From Chara braunii (taxonomy: Eukaryota > Plantae > Charophyceae): a DNA stretch of 61,612 bases. The notes below the pieces were generated by a model. The model saw nothing but the letters and a program-made list of their open reading frames with translations, did no database searches and was not told where the DNA came from. Shown here in pieces: positions 1 to 11,226 of this stretch. The DNA lies in the NCBI GenBank assembly GCA_003427395.1, contig BFEA01000009.1, positions 6,564,188 through 6,625,799 on the forward strand, written 5' to 3'. Position 1 is the first letter of the stretch, and the number at the start of each line of letters is the position of its first letter. The position numbers and the translations under genes were made by a program.

Positions 1-26
1 CTGCTGGAAACCGGGTCCAGCGTCCC
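1..26 (-). other. Conserved LINE 3' RNA module, 5' half (rest lies outside the window)
   Basis: Reverse complement reads GGGACGCTGGACCCGGTTTCCAGCAG, matching the motif at 3853-3905. Confidence 0.85.
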
Positions 27-750
27 TTAACATTTTAGGAAGGGGTAGTTTGTAAACAAACAGGAGTTATGTAACCGTGCCACGTGTCCATCCTACTATA
101 AACATGAGTGATCACCTGAATAGACATGCAGGCACACATCATTAATCCGATGAGCAGCATTGATTGCCCTCAACCGGGGGGATTAACTGGCCATCACAAT
201 CTAACGTCATATCCCTAGTCTGAATCCCTCATCATCTACAAAATCGCTCTTGCAGCACCCGGGGAGGAGGGGCATTCATAATAGGGGGCAACAAAGTCAA
301 TTATAGCAAAACCTTGGACAAAGTCCGATTACACCATTGCACTATATCATGTAAGGTTACCTGCACCATATCCCCCCCACGATCCTCATAATCCACGCAT
401 CCACTCAAGTGGGGAGACACAGTTTACAAAGATTCATAGCCACGTGCTAACCTAATTAATTGCAGGCATGTGCATACAGAAAAAGTCAAAAACGTGGCAG
501 GGCACCAATCAATCACACAGGTGGCCCCGGTGCCAATCATCACTTCGCCGCCTGCCCCGCCAATCAATCACACAAGCAGCCCCGATGCCAATCCTCAGTG
601 CACTGCCTGCCCTGACACATGGCCGAATCCTAAGTTGTAAAAAACCGCTAAAAATGAAAATCGTGAATTATGTTGCCACGAGGCCAAAACAAGATGCGGT
701 AAAACCCACCACTCACTTGCAACCCTGTGTATCCAGCAGTCTAGCTTTCA

Positions 751-1129
751 CTATCCCACCCCCTCACGCCACCATCCCACTCCTCGCGCCCTCACCCAGC
801 CTTCCTGTTTACAAATCAACCCAATCATCCTCACCACTCGCCCATCCCCCCAATCTACAGCCAAAGAACACAAGAAAAGATCCAGGAGGAGGGGAAGGGG
901 GGAGGGGGGAAGAGATTGCCCAAAACTTTCCACCTCATGAGCGGTGTCGTTTTTGTTATCGTTAATGTTGTTGTTGTTGTTGTTGTCGTTATTGTTATTG
1001 TCGTAGTTATTATTAGTCCCGAGTGCGCTCAAGCACAGAATCCCTCCTTCCTTTCCACCATCGCGCGCCATCTCATTATTGTTGATGTCGCCGATGTTGT
1101 CGACGCCTCTGTTGTTGTTACTGTTGTCG

Positions 1130-1190
<61 letters not shown>

Positions 1191-1665
1191 GAGCAGAGGC
1201 GGTATGCGTGTCGTTGTCGTGATTGTTGGTGTTGTTATTGTGGTTGTCGATGATGTAGTTGCTGGCTGCACTGAAATTGTTGTTGGTATAGCTGCTGGTC
1301 GTGCTTGCATCGTTGTTGGCATCGTCCGTGATGTCGTCTTCGTTATCATAATATCGGGCCTCCAGCTCGGCGTTCAAAGCTTGCCCCTCCTCAAGCTCCT
1401 CGTCGTGGCGCCTCACCAAACTATCCAATCGTGGCCGATCCAGAAACGCATCCAGGTGGGGGGGCGGCCCCTCCTCCAACCCCCATGATATCTCCACTAC
1501 AACCTGCATCACGCTCCGGAGCCACGCGATCGACGGGATCACTTCCGCAGCAGCAGCCGATCGTAGCATCGCCACCGCCAGGCTGGACCGCACGGAACTC
1601 TCTTGGACGGTTGTAAGCCACTCGGCCGCTTCTGTCTGTAGATCACCCGAAGTCGCCATCACCAT
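751..1665 (-). CDS. Hypothetical 304-aa ORF: helical/acidic N-terminus followed by Asn-rich low-complexity tract
   Basis: ATG-initiated ORF with ~110 non-repetitive residues before the (AAC)n tract; no recognisable domain, and the length is partly explained by the microsatellite. Confidence 0.25.
960..1270. repeat. (GTT)n/(AAC)n microsatellite, pure core ~1130-1190
   Basis: Direct reading. Confidence 0.95.
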
Positions 1666-2033
1666 TCGCCTCGCAGTTCACACCCACACTTGTTTTACCC
1701 CACGTCACACACCCCTACACACCCTAGTCGTACCCCTCCTTACTAACCGTGCCCTTCACAAAAGGTCCTTAGATGACACGCCAGGTGGCGTGCAACCGAT
1801 CAGGTTGGAGGCCACGTCAAAAGGCAGTGAAGCCGCCCTGACGTGTCGCGCGGGGAGCAGGCCGAGCCGTGCCGGCCAGCCCCCGGCGGGGAACCAAGGT
1901 GTAGGCAGCCCGTAATGCAGCGCCCCTCCAAGTTGGTGAAATTCACTACTTACTGGTACAAGGTTTTTCAATTTGGCAGTTGCTGGGGGGAACAATGCTT
2001 TTTTTTTTTTATTCACCTACCACTGCTCCATCT

Positions 2034-2040
2034 TTCTTTT

Positions 2041-2076
<36 letters not shown>

Positions 2077-2627
2077 GAACACTCGTGCCGGTGATAGTGG
2101 TGCTGATAAGAGCAGACACCACTACCACACGGGGAGAGGCTCCATCTATTGGTGGGGAGCATCACCTGCTGGAAAACGGGTCCAGCGTCCCAGATACAAT
2201 GTGATACAATGTGATCAGAAGAAACAAGAAGGCAAGTCCTGCTGGCATTGATTACCCTGGACGCCAGGGGATTGACCAAGCAGGATACTGAGAATACAGC
2301 AACTCTGTCCATTCAGAAGACACATAGGCTGTGGGATTTGACTGGGATTGACTGGGCAGGGGCAGGGCAGGGAACCTCTTCACCTCATACACGGCGTCAG
2401 ATAGTAACTGCTATGTACTAGTTCCTCTGTCCCCTACCAGCTCCCGAGAACTGTCGCCTGCGAACCCAGTCAACCTCCGAACTACTGCGTTGCTTGAGAA
2501 TGTCTGAAAGCAAGTGAATGACGGAGCAGCCGAGATGAAGTCCTGGACCCCCTCCATTGGGGGAGACCTATCTACCCTTATTACCCTGGCGTCCCTCCCT
2601 CAGGACTGCAACCCTGTGGGGGGGGGT
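2034..2627 (-). mobile_element. 3'-UTR-only LINE copy (element C) inserted inside the 3' module of element B
   Basis: Poly(T) on + at 2034-2072, hairpin, module 2139-2191; near-identical to the reverse complement of 27378-27943; flanked by the two halves of a module (gctccatct 2025-2033 and tattggtgggg from 2628). Confidence 0.88.
2139..2191 (-). other. Conserved LINE 3' tandem-pseudoknot module
   Basis: Full consensus match. Confidence 0.85.
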
Positions 2628-2745
2628 TATTGGTGGGGAGCGGCACCTGCTGGGAACCGGGCCCAGCGTCCCATTGAAAACATCATTAAGCACAAAGTTT
2701 TCGGTTTGTTACCTGGGTTTGTGGGCAATTCTGTTCACAGCCTGG

Positions 2746-3030
2746 GGCTCCCTTTTTCCCTGGAGCTGCTGATATTTCCCTTCCCTTGTCAGAGCCCCCC
2801 TTTTCTGTTAACCCAGCCCAGTTGTGCAGCCCCCCTGATTGCAGTTGCACTGTGTTATCCCTTTTCTGATGTTTCTTTTAAGCCCTGAAGTCCCTTTTTC
2901 CTGGAGCTGCTGATATTTCCCTTCCCTTGTCAGAGCCCCCTTTTTCCTGTTAGACCAGCCCAGTTGTGCAGCCCCCTGATTGCAGTTGCACTGTGTTGTC
3001 CCTTTTCTGATGTTTCTTTTAAGCCCTGAA
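2746..3030. repeat. Tandem duplication, ~140-bp unit x2, in the 3' UTR of element B
   Basis: ccctttttcc(c)tggagctgctgatatttcc...aagccctgaa occurs twice. Confidence 0.85.
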
Positions 3031-3732
3031 CCCACTGAGGACCCTTAAAGCTACCTTCCCCTACTTCCCCGTTTGTATTCTAAGTCTTTAGAAGGGTGAA
3101 GAAGATCTGCGCTATGAAGAGAGCGGCATGATGGGCCAGGTTTTTAACCAGCTTCCCGAAAGACTGAGCCTACTCCCCGTGTCGCACACCTCCAAGTAAC
3201 AGTTGTTGCTGATCGTGAGCTGTGGTATGCCGATCTGGCGAGGCTGGCCCTATGATCTTCACCATTCAGTGCCTCTGAAATGCATACACCACCAAATAAC
3301 AATTGTTGCTGATCGTGAGCTGAGGTATGACGATCCGGAGATGCTGGCCCTATGATCTTCACCTTGTAGTTCCTCCGAAATGCAGATTTCCTCAACCGGC
3401 TTCTGATGAAGAGGAGGGGAGACAGGTCGGCTCCAGATGGGGGGGGGGGGGGGGGGTCATTGGTGGACAAGGACGAAAGAGGGGGGGTTGGAGGCAGAAG
3501 GGACTGGGAATTCTGCGAGGGACCGAAAGGGCCAGTTTTTCCCTCCTTTCTCCAATGTTTCCATTGAATTTGGGAGTCTACAATGTCGGTGAGGATCTTT
3601 CTAGGTCCCAGCCATTGTTCGTTGAACTGGGTTGAAGCTTCCTCCATTTTCTGTTTTTTGATTGTGTCTGTCAGCACCGGGTCGTTTTGTATTGTTTTTT
3701 CTAGGATAGACAGTCTGTCCCATGCCGCTTTA

Positions 3733-3737
<5 letters not shown>

Positions 3738-3768
<31 letters not shown>

Positions 3769-4022
3769 TTTTAAGCGAATAGCCCCTGCGTAAGCCCTCT
3801 ATCCCGGCGGTGGTGAGAGAACCGTCAGAATTGAGGGCTTATCTGTCGGGCTGCTCCATCTATTGGTGGGGAGCGGCACCTGCTGGAAACCGGGTCCAGC
3901 GTCCCATTGAACATCTTGCAGTATAGAGTTTACAGTTCATTTGTAGGGCTGAGGTCGTTTCACTTCTAAGCCCGGAACTCCACTTTCCCTTGGAGCTGCT
4001 CGTGTCTCCCATCCCATCTCGG
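3738..4022 (-). mobile_element. 285-bp retroposed 3'-end fragment (element D) with (TAA)n tail and 16-bp target-site duplication
   Basis: TSD atgccgctttagttat at 3722-3737 and 4023-4038; removing the insert restores host ORF2 LHAITKAAWDRLSILEK; module at 3853-3905. Confidence 0.92.
3853..3905 (-). other. Conserved LINE 3' tandem-pseudoknot module
   Basis: Full consensus match. Confidence 0.85.
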
Positions 4023-6752
4023 ATGCCGCTTTAGTTATAGCGTGCAGGTAGTCCACTATGTGCTCCTTGGCTTGGACGAAGCCGAAGTTGTTGGCATGCC
4101 TTTCAAAAGAGCAGTGCGCCCTCCAGACTATCATGAGCAGCTCCACCCTTGTTGTTTGGAATAAGTTTGTCTCGTACGGGGACCACGCAGGGGGAGTAGC
4201 AGTGTGTTTTCCCAAGAGGAGCAGTAGCAGGTCCCATGGGTACCGAGATCCTGTCAACGCATTCCAGGCCGCGTCCCACCATCTCCAAATTTGGGTGGCC
4301 ATCGGACAGGCCAAGAGGCAGTGTTCCAATGTGGCTCTCAGGGGTTGGGCTGACCTGCCGCAGTACCTGCAAATTGGAGAGAGCTACCCTTTCTGCTCCA
4401 GCTGTGTCCTGGATACAATCCAGTCTGAAGTAGGGAGGCAGCGATGCAGAATTTGCCATTGGAGGGCTCTATGTGACGTGGGCATCATGTGTGCATAGTG
4501 TGCCCATTTGAAATCGGACCAATCGATCGTGGGGAACACTGAGTCCCTCTCCCACCTGTTTTGGATAATTTGGGCAACAGGATGTTTTTTGTGCAGTACT
4601 CGGTACCCCTGTTTGACTGTATATTGCCATAGTTTTTTTGACCCGGATTCACCTATTCTTGGCCATTCCCAATCGGCAGGATCAAAGGGGAGCACGCAGA
4701 TGGGGGTGGCGGGCTCAAATACGAGGTAAGTATGGTCAGGGCCTTCAAGGACACGAATTCTAATCAGGCCGGCCAAGTTGACCTTTTCGTCGTCCCCCTC
4801 GGACCTCCGTAATCGGGACCATCTGGCTTGTTGGTCCGTTATTTGATAGGCTTGAAGGCTGACGTCGTTTACCTCAGAGTCTTTGTCCACCACTTGCCAT
4901 ACCATTGCCCGACAGGGGAGACTCTTGTATTGCACCACCCAGTCATGTTTTTCAATCGTTGGACCCTTTTTCAGTTGAGCCATCCAAGCGAGGGGAATGA
5001 CAGTTTGGATTGACTCGAGTTTCTCAGTTCGTTTTTGCACATGTTTGAGTTGGTCTTTCAGTTGTTCTTCTGTTTTCCATTAGCCCTTTCTGTCGTCCCA
5101 TATGTCCCCTATCGTGAACATTCCTCTGCCCACCCATGATCGCCAGTGGGACCCTGATGCGAGTTGCAGCGGGGTTCCATTGTCGTCTATAATACTCGGG
5201 TTTCCAAAGAGAGACTATCTTCTTATTTCCTGCCAACGTAGTTGAGGGGGGAGGGGCCCATTATCCTCCACAGTTTGATGAGATTCGGCCAGAGCGGATC
5301 GTTAACTGTGTCTCTTCTAGTTTGGATTTGTGGAGAGTCGTCCCCTTCGTTTGTAATAGGACTGGGTACAGACCAGGCGGGGTTTGTGAACCACTGCAAA
5401 AGGTGCACCGGTTTTTCAGCGGGGGAGGGGGGTGCCAGGTTAGCAATTTGAATCATTGCGTATGACGCCCACTGGATTTCATTACCCAGAAGGAGACGGA
5501 TAATGATTTTAAATGAAAGGGCCCTCAGTTGATCCTCCGGTTCTAGTACTGCCAGCCCTCCATGCGCCCCAGGTTGGGCAATGTATTTCCATGCCACTCT
5601 CGATATAAAAGTCTGATCTTCATGGTCATTTTTCCAGATATAGGTTACTACTGCCGTTCTTAGTTTTTGCAGGAGTTTTGAGTGGATAGGTCAGCATGCC
5701 GCCTTGTACCAAATGGTAGAGAAGATTGTCGTGTTTATTGTCAGGGCCCTATCAGTGATAAAGGTATGGAGGCCTTTCCATCTTGCTAGCGATGCCAGGG
5801 CGTCCTCCACCAACGAGGCCCCATGGCCCTTCGGGGGCCCCAGTGCTGTGAGTTTGACTCTCAATATCTGGATTGCTTCCTCCTTCGGTTTCCACAGGAT
5901 GGTTGGCTCCGGCGGAGGGTCATCCCCCCTGGGGTGCAGCCACTACCCCTCAGTCTTTGACCCCCAATTGACTACCATATCTGAAGCCACGGAGAAGACT
6001 TGAATGGTGTGCACCAGGGCTGCGATGGATGATTTGTTTGCCTTTATAAGCACCGTCAGGTCGTCTGCAAACATGGAAGTCGTAGGGATGAGATGGTAGG
6101 GGATCTCTGACACGTCAATCTTTTCTATTTTTGGGTTGACTCTTATGGATGCTGCCAGTGCTTCCATGATTATCACGAACAATAGGGGGGCAATAGGGGG
6201 GCAATAGGGTCGCTCTGCCTGACCGAGCGTTGAAGGGGGAATGGGTTGGACAAGTGGCCATTTACCATTATGTTGCTTGAGGCTGTGCGGTGAAGGGTGT
6301 CCACCCATCTCTCTCTCTCTCTCTCTCTCTCTCCCCAACTTCCCGACATCGACCCGACAAATCTTCACAGAAAACAAAAAAAAGAACGAGGGTATCTATG
6401 CAACTTGGCCCGACCAACCCGTCTTCTCCGCAGCTCACCCATCCGACCCGTCTCATTTCCCCATCTCTCTCGCGCGATTACAAAAAATGGTTCGTCACAA
6501 GACAACCTTCATCCGTCACATACATGCTTCATGCAGAATAAGAACATCCAAGAAATATCCTCTTGGTCAATGAAGTTCTTAAGCTGACCAAACAAACCAA
6601 CCAAAACGCGGTCATACTCTTCATAGACTTTGAAAAGGCATACGACCATTTCAACTAGTTCTTTCTTGACAAACATCTCCAAAAGATGAACTTTGAAATG
6701 GTTGTCATACAGTGGGTAACAATATTGCACAAGAACGCTACTACAAAAAATC

Positions 6753-7169
6753 TATGTTACCAGTTGTCCGATGGCAGGACGTCCTGGGCGGACAGTCAGG
6801 GGGGTCCCGGACAACTCCATTTTTAGCAATTAAAAACACAAAAAGAAGAAAAAAAATTGGGGGTGTCTTTAAGTTTATTTTTGATTTTAAATTGACACCA
6901 AATTTTGATATTATCCCAAGGCAAAAGTTGTTCGGTTAAGTTTTCTGCATAACATAGTTTTTTCTCAGAATTTTTTTAGGACGTTTTTTTTTATTTTTTT
7001 TTGCGTTTGGGCTCGGACAGACTGCCGGAAAGGATGTCCGACCGGTTGTCTGAGCGGACAACCCTGGACGGTCAGAGGGGTCCCGGACGTCCGATCAGGT
7101 AACCTACCAAGTCTGAGCGGACAACCCTGAACGGTCAGGGGGGTCCCGGACGTCCAATCAGGTAACCTA
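6753..7169. mobile_element. hAT-like non-autonomous element (MITE) inserted in the RT region of element E
   Basis: Imperfect terminal inverted repeat tatgttacc / ggtaaccta, many subterminal cggac/gtccg motifs, internal ~61-bp duplication, imperfect flanking repeat caaaaaat(t)c; superfamily is inference. Confidence 0.55.
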
Positions 7170-8919
7170 CCAAAAAATTCAAATTAATGTCATCCTCGCA
7201 ACGGAAATCCAGCTGGCCCAATCAGTGAGACAAAAAGACCCCATAGCGCCTTTTTTGTTTGTAACCTTAATGGAGGCCCTGACCACAAACATCGGACATT
7301 ACAAGAATTTAAGAAAGATCCGGATGACTATCATCCATGAGGAAGTCATCCTAATTTTCTCCGTCTTCGGAGATGGTTAGACAATAATGATAGAAGCCAT
7401 TAAAAAAAAATTGGAATTTTGGAGGAAATCCATATGGTAATGGACAACTGTTGTAGAATGTTAGACATGGTCGTGAACTGGTGAAGCAAAATCCAAGGAT
7501 GGTGGATACACTCCCAGGGGGGGAGACCTCCGGAAGAACTTGCAATCAACTGGTTGGATAAGGACACAAGAGTCAAAGTCTTGGGGTTCCAAGTGACAGC
7601 AGAAGGTCGTCAAACTACTCACGACGAATGGGTCACTGAACCGGCTATTAAAAAAATGGCTTCATGGAAAGGGAAGCATACATCATTATTTGGGCGAGAT
7701 CTAGTGATAAATAACGTGGTATTAGCGACACGTTGGTACAAGTCGTTAATATGGCCCCTGAGTAAAGAAGCATAGAAAGTGCTGCGAAGACAAGTGGTCG
7801 CTCTCCTATGGAGAGGGGACCATGAATCCCCGGAGGCAATCAACAGAGTGGCTTGTGACTCGGTCATTCAACCCAAGTCCCAAGGAGGGTTAGACATCAT
7901 TGACCCGACCACACAGATAGTGACACTCATCCTAAGGATTCAAAACCTCAAATCAGAACCACATTCCCTGTGGAGCACGCTAGCACTTGATCAAATCAAA
8001 AGCCTATCTCCACGAACACCCCCCTTTGTTGACCCTCTGCTGTGGTTGGAAGACAAATACTGGGCTATCCCACATCCTAACAGGAGAACAAGCCGGACCT
8101 GAGACACATTCTGGTCGGACCTCATAAGGAACTGGAGGAGATTACCCCTACCAGATAAATGGCCCCAGAGAGATGGGAAGAAGTGTACAAGAAGGCCCCA
8201 TTCGGTAATAGGTGGGTTACAAACACAAGAGGTCAGATTCTACACAGCACACCAGCACCCTAGAAAAACTGGGTGAGAAATGGAATCACAAAAATTGGGG
8301 ATCTGTGGGATGCACAAGAAGTGTAAAGAACGTAATTCGAAAATAGCAGAACAACTAAAAAATCAGCTAAGTGTACGGCCGCGCGGTGGAAGACCATTTG
8401 GAGGAACTGATTTTCTCAGTCCCTTTGGACTGGTAGCGCATCCTCGAGAAGCCTTAGGGACCTAAATTGCAGGAAGGGGACTGGGTCGCAGTAGCGGAAA
8501 ATGAGGGGTGGATAGGAATGATTCATGAACTCCGCCTCGCGGACACACTAATCGAAATGTACGCAGTGAGAGGAGGAAATTGGTTGGAGGGCAGCCACGA
8601 TCCGTTTCAATGGACTGACAGGGACCAGGTATTTAGAATCAGGGTACTGGGAGATGGAGCAGAAAGACGGGTATACCGACCAGCAACGTTTATTGCCATG
8701 CTTCCCTTCAACCCGCTAAACTGAAGATGGACCCCCTCCAGCACTCTACCTAAAGGCACAAAGAAACCCCTATTCCTACATAGACTCTTGGTCAGGTCCA
8801 CCTCATACCGGATGCTCCGACCAAAAAACAAAATGGTATATAATATCAATGATAGATGGGTAAAGCACCTCAGCGTGTCAACAAACTTACTGAAACCAAC
8901 TGTTATATCACATTTAACG

Positions 8920-9224
8920 TGGGGTCGCAGCCATTCGGGTAGCGTGATTTATGCTCTAGACAGTAAGCTTGGCAAAGGTCTTATGAAGTGGTGGGTGGGC
9001 AGCCTTCTGGATGGTTGTGTCTAAACCCAACACTGTTCCACACACCACACGCAACCCACTCACACGCGCACTCACACCCGTGTTGGCTGAAGACCTTACT
9101 GATACAGACTGGGAGGATCCAACTGACTATCTCGGTTGGTTGGCATCAAGAGTGCCATAGGCGGGGATTGAACCCACAACCTCCTGAATGCCACTTGTGT
9201 GCCTAACCAACTGAGTTTAGCCGC
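8920..9224 (-). mobile_element. tRNA-headed SINE-like repeat, copy 1
   Basis: Minus strand has A-box-like taaactcagttggttag and B-box gggttcaatccc (9152-9224); GT-rich body shared with 16876-16940; left boundary approximate. Confidence 0.7.
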
Positions 9225-11173
9225 TGGACGAAGCCCAGATTCTTGGATCGCAAGAAGGGAAAAAAAAAAAATAAAAAAAAATTGAAAGCCGAATAGCAAG
9301 CTACTGAGGTACCACCCCACACGCGACCAGGAAAAAGGGCATTTCAAGCTCTAAACTACTAACAGTGTATCTACCTATGTTCTACCAGAAGATTCATGTT
9401 AATTTTGCACATTTGGTCAGAGTGGAGCAAGGCACTCGATCTCCAAAGCTCTCGTGGCAAAGGTAAGTACGCTTTTTTTTTTTCTTCCTTTTCTTCGTAA
9501 GCCATGCCAACAAGGCAAGGCAGTCCGTTCTAGATTTCATTACTTGATAACAAACAACAAAATGATTCGATACTTTATTTCAGGGAAGATGCAGTACAAG
9601 AGGAAAAAAAAAAAAAAAAAAAAAAACAAATCGCCCGCCCCCAGTTTTCAACGGGAAAAAACTTTATTCCTCAAAAGGGAAACAATGGACGGCGCCCTAT
9701 ACTAAGTTGCAACAACCTTGATGAGATAACCTGCCCTACGACCGGTCTTAGGGACGATTGCGACCGAACCCTATTTTCTGTTGTCGGAGACCCCAAACGA
9801 ACCCGTCCTTGCGAAGCTGTACTGCACGACCTTACCGAAAATAGAAAGAACATGAAACGACGAAAACGGAATCCACACAAGCGCAGCCTCCTGGCTGTGA
9901 ATTAAGTGCTTCCAGGAAATAAAAAGGAAACTGACAGAGATGACATCTTTGTAATGGAAGATCGCGCACAGGTGCCTACCCACCCAAAACTGGTTGATAG
10001 ACCACACCATACTAGAACAAAAGAGGTTGGTGTCCCCTTGCTGTCCCAGCTGTCTGCAGAACTTCCCTAACAAGAAGATGTCGGAAACCATAAAACACAT
10101 CTTCTAGCAGTGCCAAGGAGCAGTCCTCACCTGACAATGGTGGGACCAGATATGGAAGAAAACAGTAGGGGACTCCTGGCCCTGGGAATGGAGGGGTATA
10201 CTCACGAGGCACTAACCCCGAGGCCAGACAAGTGATTTCGGAACCAACATGTTTCAGCTTGGCACATGAGTCATCCTGTGGACATTTTAATGGAAAAGGT
10301 GCAAAATGGTCATAAACAAGGTGAGGGTGGAAGGACTGGAAACAACTGAGCAAATAAAATCACATATACAAACAAAACTGCAATCAAGGTGGCAGGCTGT
10401 AGTAGAGAAACTGACCCTCCTGAACGACACCTTGAAAATCCAAACGATAATTGAAGCCTTCGGCAGAGAATGGTCGGGGAGTGAACAAGAATGATGGATC
10501 ACATCGGTAAAGTGGGAGGGTAAGAATATAGCGAATGGGCAAGGAGCAACCAGGGGGAATAAGGGGATATTACAAAGGGACTATGGGCTAGTTTTCAATA
10601 ATTGGACAGGCCTATATCCAACAATGCCCCTCCACCCCCCATCAGATTTCCCAGACCACTTCCCCCCAAACACCCTGGCAATAGTCGAGAATGCATGGTA
10701 TGGCCATTAAGAAGGGTCACGACTTGGTTACAGTCGGATCCGAAGGAAGAGCGCAGTGGCTTCAGGACAGTAAGGAACACAACAAGAAAAAATGCTTCCA
10801 TCAGGCGGCCACTCAGAACCGGGGAGGGTGTAGAAGACAGCCACCAACCCTTTGGTGCCCCCCAGAGAAAGGTTGGTGACGATCGAAAGGATGCCCAAAC
10901 GCTTCAAAGGAACGACAGAAACTACAAAGTCGACCAGCAGGTGAAAGGTTGAAAAGGCAGGGATGAAAGGAACGGGTACAGTTGGAGAGAAAAAGGGAGG
11001 GAACTGATGAGCATCGTAACTATCTAGCGCCTGGCACCAGGTGAAGAGGTTCTCCCCCTTCAAACAACTTGTTCAGTCAATCCTCTGGAAACCAGAGTAA
11101 TCAATGATGGCAGGCGTTCCTTAGTGACTTTCCAGAAACTTTCATATATATTCCAGAATCATTCTGAAAAGAA

Positions 11174-11226
11174 GGGACACTGGACCCGTTTTCCAGCAGG
11201 TGACACTCCCCACCAATAGATGGAGT
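11174..11226 (+). other. Conserved LINE 3' module, ACUCC/GGAGU compensatory variant
   Basis: gggacactggacccgttttccagcaggtgacactccccaccaatagatggagt. Confidence 0.85.

Larger units (their letters stand above)
1999..6285 (-). mobile_element. Decayed 5'-truncated L1/Tx1-type LINE (element B): RT C-terminal part, post-RT region, zinc-finger region, 3' UTR, split 3' module, poly(A)
   Basis: PIAPLLFVIIMEALA...SMFADDL (5943-6377), LQWQILHRCLPT (4384-5040), MEHCLLACP (3937-4329), C-terminus in 3144-3677, poly(T) on + at 1999-2010; interrupted at 2034-2627 and 3738-4022. Confidence 0.9.

Noticed and set aside
916-1488. Poly-Val and poly-Thr ORFs (916-1488, 1029-1349)
   Set aside because: Alternative frames of the (GTT)n microsatellite
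3776-3852. Terminal hairpin as a SECIS element
   Set aside because: No AUGA/GA quartet or apical AA motif in the right positions
3853-3905. 3' module as an HDV-like, pistol, twister or hammerhead ribozyme
   Set aside because: No partner strand for an HDV P1, no hammerhead CUGANGA/GAAA core, and although the CGUG/CACG-AAUAG variant recalls pistol, its P2/P3 and cleavage-site elements are absent; a cleavage assay would still be cheap
9152-9224. Functional tRNA genes at 9152, 14340 and 17106
   Set aside because: A and B boxes are present but acceptor and anticodon arms do not form a proper cloverleaf
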